From Octopus bimaculoides (Eukaryota), in contig NC_068991.1 of the NCBI RefSeq assembly GCF_001194135.2, positions 34,348,761 to 34,387,952 on the forward strand: DNA of 39,192 nt. Reading direction: 5' to 3'. The position numbers were made by a program, and so were the translations under genes. The notes beneath the pieces are model-generated. The model searched no databases. It was not told the origin of the DNA and saw only the letters and a program-made list of their open reading frames with translations. Below, piece by piece: positions 33,421 through 39,192 of the stretch; the first letter of the stretch is position 1; every line of letters begins with the position of its first letter.

Positions 33421-34505
33421 TTTCTAATGTTGAAATGCCACATATTAAAAAATGCTTTAAATCACATAGGAAGAAAAACGGCTACAGCACGAAGTCATCA
33501 GTTTGCCTTGACCACCGAGAAAGCAAAAGTACGTAAGAGAATTTCATAAACAGAAATGAATGGAAAGAATGTTGTGGCTGAACAAAGTTTGTTGTGAGGA
33601 TTCTAGTGAACAGAAATAAAAAAATTAGAATGCAAATACACTACGTAAGAAAACAGTCAAGTAAAAATTTAAACATAAAAGCAAACAAAAACTAAGAAAC
33701 AAAATGTGCTAGTTGCTAATTATACATCGTCATTAGGTTTTGTTTTTTAAATGAATAAACCAACATTAATTATATAGCATTCAAAATTTCATTTAAAATG
33801 AAATATATAGAAAAATTAAAACTATACATACATTTCTTTCAGAGGGGTTCATCTTTGTTTTTCTGTATAATGCTTTTCGCTATTGCAAGACAGGAAACAT
33901 AACTCATGTTAGCAAACTTATGGATTTCACTGAAGTGAAAATTAGTAAGAGTTATGGTTGAAAATCGATTTTTACCACTATCCGGGGCTGCCTNNNNNNN
34001 NNNNNNNNNNNNNNNNNNNNNNNNNNNNNNNNNNNNNNNNNNNNNNNNNNNNNNNNNNNNNNNNNNNNNNNNNNNNNNNNNNNNNNNNNNNNNNNNNNNN
34101 NNNNNNNNNNNNNNNNNNNNNNNNNNNNNNNNNNNNNNNNNNNNNNNNNNNNNNNNNNNNNNNNNNNNNNNNNNNNNNNNNNNNNNNNNNNNNNNNNNNN
34201 NNNNNNNNNNNNNNNNNNNNNNNNNNNNNNNNNNNNNNNNNNNNNNNNNNNNNNNNNNNNNNNNNNNNNNNNNNNNNNNNNNNNNNNNNNNNNNNNNNNN
34301 NNNNNNNNNNNNNNNNNNNNNNNNNNNNNNNNNNNNNNNNNNNNNNNNNNNNNNNNNNNNNNNNNNNNNNNNNNNNNNNNNNNNNNNNNNNNNNNNNNNN
34401 NNNNNNNNNNNNNNATTTTGTGTTCTTTGCTACATTGGTTTCTATTAACCCATTTATTCTATCAGAAGAATTTTTATTCATTAAGATAGAAGAAATACAC
34501 ATAAT

Positions 34506-34536
<31 letters not shown>

Positions 34537-34542
34537 CTATAC

Positions 34543-34574
<32 letters not shown>

Positions 34575-34590
34575 ATGTATATATATATAT

Positions 34591-34930
34591 GCTCAGACCC
34601 CCTTCGGTCATGACTGACCATGGGATTGCACCTAGAAAGTTACCCTCCGAGGCACAAGCCCGGGCAAGTTTGTTTTATGGAAGACCAGCAGTCGCCCATG
34701 CATACCGGCCTCCCCTCTCCATGCCACCAGTGTTATGCGAGGGAAAGGCAAAGGCCGATACAGCTTGACACCAGTGAGGTTGCAACTCATTTCTACAGCT
34801 GAATGAACTGGAGCAACATGAAATAAAGTGTCTTGCTCAAGAACACAACACACAGCCTGGTCCGGTATTCCAACTCACAACCTTACGATCATAAGGTCGA
34901 CGCTCTAACCATTGAGCCATGCACCTTCAC
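34591..34930 (-). mobile_element. Full-length tRNA-derived SINE family 2
   Basis: Minus-strand head TGGCTCAATGGTTAGAGCG and the same central domain as 27795. Flanked by TA/TG microsatellites. Confidence 0.9.
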
Positions 34931-34932
34931 TG

Positions 34933-34983
<51 letters not shown>

Positions 34984-35235
34984 GTATATACATGTATAAA
35001 TAATATATATATACATATATAAATAATATATATATATACATATATAAATAATATATATATATCATATATATATATATGTTATATATATATTATTTATATA
35101 TCTATCTATATATATTATCTACATATATATGTTACATATATATATAAATATATATATATATGTATATATATATAAATATATATATATAAATATATATATA
35201 TATGTATATATCTATATATTATATATCTATATCTA
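34931..35235. repeat. (TA)n/(CA)n microsatellite tract
   Basis: Read directly. Confidence 0.95.
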
Positions 35236-35390
35236 TATGACTGCTGAGGACGTGCGTAAGCTCGCAAAGAATGAAGCCAGTATGCTCTGGTGGATGTGTA
35301 ATGTCAGTGTGCATACTCGACACTGTAAGTACCTTGAGAGAAAAGTTGAACCTAAGAAGCATCAGTTGTGGTGTGCAAGAGAGATGATTG
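35236..35390 (+). mobile_element. Short RTE LINE fragment
   Basis: MTAEDVRKLAKNEASMLWWMCNVSVHTR, homologous to about 615-760. Confidence 0.9.
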
Positions 35391-36052
35391 CACAACATAC
35401 ACATTGCTCCCATTCTCTATCTCCCCCTCTTCCTCTCTTCCTTTCTCAAACGCATACACGTGCAAGTAAACACAATCATTCACGTTCGTCACTGTGGCAT
35501 AACTACAGAGTTGTACCCACCGACTTTGGAAGGTCGTAACTTTCAGAAAAATGAATAGATTTTAATGAAATCTTCTATGCATATATTATTTATTATGTAG
35601 ATTCCGAATATACAAAAATTTTCTCAGTGAAAGTGTTTTGGGAGGGGGATGGGGGACAATTTTGGAAATTCCATTTAAATTCCTCTTAACTTCCAGGAAA
35701 ATGAATATTTTTCCGTGAAATTTTCTACAAATATACCTTGATGTATGTACATTTTGAGCATGTAGGAATTTTGAAGGAAACAACTGTAGGTCATTTTTGA
35801 GAAGTGTTTCCCATTCGGTGGTGTTTCGGAGCAAGTCGTCCATATTTGTTTCATTTTTTCTATTATGTGCGTAATAGATTTCTTATGAAGTAATAGGCAG
35901 TGAAGAGAAGCCGTCATAAGAAAACTTTTAACTACCTCTATTCCTTTCTCCCCCTCTCTCGCTCTCTCAAACGCATACACGTGAAAGTACACAATCATTC
36001 AGTAAATATAACTCATGTTCGTCAATGTTTTGTAAATATAACACGATTTTCA

Positions 36053-36103
36053 TTAGGATGTTAGGGTTAGGGTTTTAGGGTCAGGGTTAGGGTTAGGGTT
36101 TAG
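36053..36103 (+). repeat. Interstitial telomere-type (TTAGGG)n repeat with variants
   Basis: TTAGGG TTAGGG TTTTAGGG TCAGGG TTAGGG TTAGGG TTTAG, running into a gap. Confidence 0.85.
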
Positions 36104-36949
36104 NNNNNNNNNNNNNNNNNNNNNNNNNNNNNNNNNNNNNNNNNNNNNNNNNNNNNNNNNNNNNNNNNNNNNNNNNNNNNNNNNNNNNNNNNNNNNNNNN
36201 NNNNNNNNNNNNNNNNNNNNNNNNNNNNNNNNNNNNNNNNNNNNNNNNNNNNNNNNNNNNNNNNNNNNNNNNNNNNNNNNNNNNNNNNNNNNNNNNNNNN
36301 NNNNNNNNNNNNNNNNNNNNNNNNNNNNNNNNNNNNNNNNNNNNNNNNNNNNNNNNNNNNNNNNNNNNNNNNNNNNNNNNNNNNNNNNNNNNNNNNNNNN
36401 NNNNNNNNNNNNNNNNNNNNNNNNNNNNNNNNNNNNNNNNNNNNNNNNNNNNNNNNNNAGCCAATTGGACGGATGAAATTTACGTAAGCTTAATAATGTT
36501 ACGCAAAACAGCCTTCAGACTTTCCCTATTAATTTCATTGTCTTTAGAATTATGAACATATTTACATCATAAGGGTTTTTTCGTTGTAAGGCTTTCTTTT
36601 TTAGTTGATTTTCACCTTGCAAGACTTATCGTAGATGGCGTAATAAGTCACACCCCGACACAGGATTCCTTATTCAGTCTAGTTACAAATTATCATTGCA
36701 ACTTCGGCAAAAGGAAACTAAGAAACCCAGATTCCTTGGAAGAAAGAACAGTGATGCTGGCAGGTGGAGGAAATGAGAAAATGAAGCGAGGAAAAAGAGA
36801 TGTTCACGAACAATGGTCGAAGCAGAGAAATGGCGATAAGCCCCAGATGACCAGGTCACGTGGATAGTTAGAGGTAGAGGGATAGAAGAAAGCTATTAAA
36901 TGGGAGAGAGGGAAAATGAAATAAAGATACGGATTAGTGAGCTGGCAGA

Positions 36950-38775
36950 GATCCCAGATTATGCTCTCACTTGCCTTGCCGGGTCTTCTCACGTACTGCA
37001 TATTTCCAAAGGTCCCAGTCACTGGTTATTGCTTAGGTGAAGCCTAAAGTTCAAAGGTCGTGCTTCACCACCCCATCCCAGGTCTTCCTGGGTCTACCTC
37101 TTCCACAGGTTCCCTCAACTGCTAGGGTGTGGCACTTCTATCCTCATCCACACAGCTATCCTCATCCATTCTTGCCACATGTCCATACCAGCGCAATCAT
37201 CTCTCTTGCACACCACAACTGATGCTTCTTAGGTCTAGCTTTCTCTCAAGGTAGTTACACTCTGTCTAGTATGCACACTGACATTACACATCCATCGGAG
37301 AATACTGGCTTCGTTTCTTGTAATCTTACGCATGTCCTCAGCAGTCACAGCCCATGTTTCACTGCCATGTAGCATGGCTGTTCGTACACATGCGTCATAC
37401 TGTCTGCCTTTTACTCTGAGTGAGAGGCCCTTTGTCACCAGCAGAGGTAAGAGCTCTCTAAACTTTGCCAGGCTATTCTTATTCTAGCAGCTACACTTTC
37501 AGTACACCCTCCCCCGCTACTAACTTAGTCACCTAGATAGCGGAAGCTATCAACTACTTCTAGTTTTTCACCCTGGAATGTGATAAAGGTTGTTTTCTGC
37601 ACATTCTCAGTGTTTATTGCTCCTGAGCATCTGCCACATACAAAAACTATCTTGCTAGTTAGCCGTCCTTTGGTATTGCTGCACCTCTTATGTGTCCATA
37701 GCTTGCACTGGGTACATCTTATGGAGTTTCTACTTACGCCTTTTCTACAGATCGAGCAGGGCCATCTACCTGAAGGGGTTTGTGTTTTGTCTACCTTCCT
37801 ACTTATTAGGACTTTGGTTTTAGCTAGGTTGACTCTAAGGCCCTTCGATTCTAGTCCTTGCTTCCACACCTGAAACTTCTCTACTTCTGATAGTGACTCA
37901 GCAATTAGGGCAAGATCATCAGCATAGAGGAGCTCCCAGAGGCATCCCGTCTTGAATTCCTGTGTTATTGCCTGGAGGACTATGGTAAATAGGAGGGGGC
38001 TGAGGACTGAACCTTGGTGGACCCCTACCTCTACCCGGAATTCTTCACTGTACTCGTTGCTAACCCTCACCTTACTGACAGCGGCCCTGTACATGGCTTA
38101 CACAGCTCTCACTAGCCACTCATCTATCCCTAGTTTCCTCATTGACCACCAGATAAGGGAGTGGGGGACCCANNNNNNNNNNNNNNNNNNNNNNNNNNNN
38201 NNNNNNNNNNNNNNNNNNNNNNNNNCTCTAAGGCCCTTCGATTCTAGTCCTTGCTTCCACACCTGAAACTTCTCTACTTCTGATAGTGACTCAGCAATTA
38301 GGGCAAGATCATCAGCATAGAGGAGCTCCCAGAGGCATCCCGTCTTGAATTCCTGTGTTATTGCCTGGAGGACTATGGTAAATAGGAGGGGGCTGAGGAC
38401 TGAACCTTGGTGGACCCCTACCTCTACCCGGAATTCTTCACTGTACTCGTTGCTAACCCTCACCTTACTGACAGCGGCCCTGTACATGGCTTACACAGCT
38501 CTCACTAGCCACTCATCTATCCCTAGTTTCCTCATTGACCACCAGATAAGGGAGTGGGGGACCCAGTCAAAGTCTTTCTCCATGTCAACGGAAGCCAGGT
38601 ACAGAGGTTTATCTTTGGCTAGGTATTTCTCCTGCAGCTGTCTTACCAGAAATATAGCTTCAGTGGTGCTTTTTCCTTGAGCGAACCCAAACTGCATCTC
38701 ATCTAAACTGACTCTCTCCCTAATTTGTTGGGCTATGACCCTCTCGGTGACTTTCATTACCTGGTCCAACAACTT
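36950..38775 (-). mobile_element. 5'-truncated RTE-clade LINE, the least decayed copy, with a PHD-like finger in the RT region
   Basis: Reads LLDQVMKVTERVI...DEMQFGF, ASVDMEKDFDWVP, GVHQGSVLSPLLF, ELLYADDL and CSIC...CTQC....H..C...CGRC. Segment 37833-38172 is repeated at 38226-38565 across a gap. Confidence 0.95.
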
Positions 38776-38807
38776 GATACATATAATATATACATATATC
38801 ATATATA

Positions 38808-39192
38808 TCTTAATATATAAATCTGAAGTTGTGTGTCTGTGTGAAGCCTTTTTGAATGTTTATAGAAATCCACATTTTCCACTTTTTCGTAAAAATTTTT
38901 ACATCAATGGAATTTTCTCGATGTGAACTTTCCAGTGCAGTAATTAGATTTTTTAAATTCCGTTTACTTTGTGTGATTTAAGGGAGATTTGGCTGTTGTT
39001 TCTAGCAACCTTTATATTTCATCCCTTCTACCTGGAACGCCATTCTTACACACGCGCTCAACATAAAAATATAGAGAGTAAGAGTAAAAGAGGGAGAGGG
39101 AGAGAGAGAGAAAGTGATACATACAAGGTCATAGATTAAACTTTCATCTCAGTATTCTTTACCTATTTTTCATAACATAGATACGTAAAAAC
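38808..39192 (+). mobile_element. Possible non-autonomous Helitron-like element, 5' end
   Basis: Begins TCTTAATATATAAATCTGAAGTTGTGTGTCTGTGTG, resembling Helitron 5' termini (TC...ATATATAAA followed by a TG run). Confidence 0.4.

Noticed and set aside
36053-36103. True chromosome end
   Set aside because: Short, variant-containing, and followed by more intronic TE sequence.
37833-38565. 340-bp tandem duplication within the RTE element
   Set aside because: The copies appear identical and flank a 53-N gap, which points to an unmerged contig overlap.
1-39192. Clustered PEP mutase or AEP transaminase genes, as in bacterial aep operons
   Set aside because: I saw no such exons on either strand. 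Small exons could be missed by eye, so a tBLASTn search would be decisive.

Overview
AT-rich, repeat-dense, gapped animal genomic DNA. The SINE, RTE and microsatellite content looks like a coleoid cephalopod, probably Octopus (inference). About 99% of the window is intronic or transposable-element (TE) sequence. The key feature is largely missed by the ORF track: three small + strand exons (3875-4022, 8394-8524, 25370-25529) with GT-AG boundaries and compatible phases. They splice into one 146-aa frame matching the N-terminal pyrimidine-binding (PYR) domain of the thiamine diphosphate (ThDP) enzyme phosphonopyruvate decarboxylase (Ppd/AepY), the step that drives C-P bond (phosphonate, 2-aminoethylphosphonate) biosynthesis. 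The gene is incomplete here: the first exon and the C-terminal exons were not found. Its introns hold decayed piggyBac, mariner, Tc1, Ty3/Gypsy, Helitron, RTE, CR1/L2-group and CRE-like elements, three tRNA-derived SINE families and two long fold-back palindromes. One SINE carries a minimal type I hammerhead ribozyme fold and is flanked by a 16-bp target-site duplication (TSD). Exon boundaries were counted base by base. Most TE boundaries are approximate, and similarity was judged by eye.
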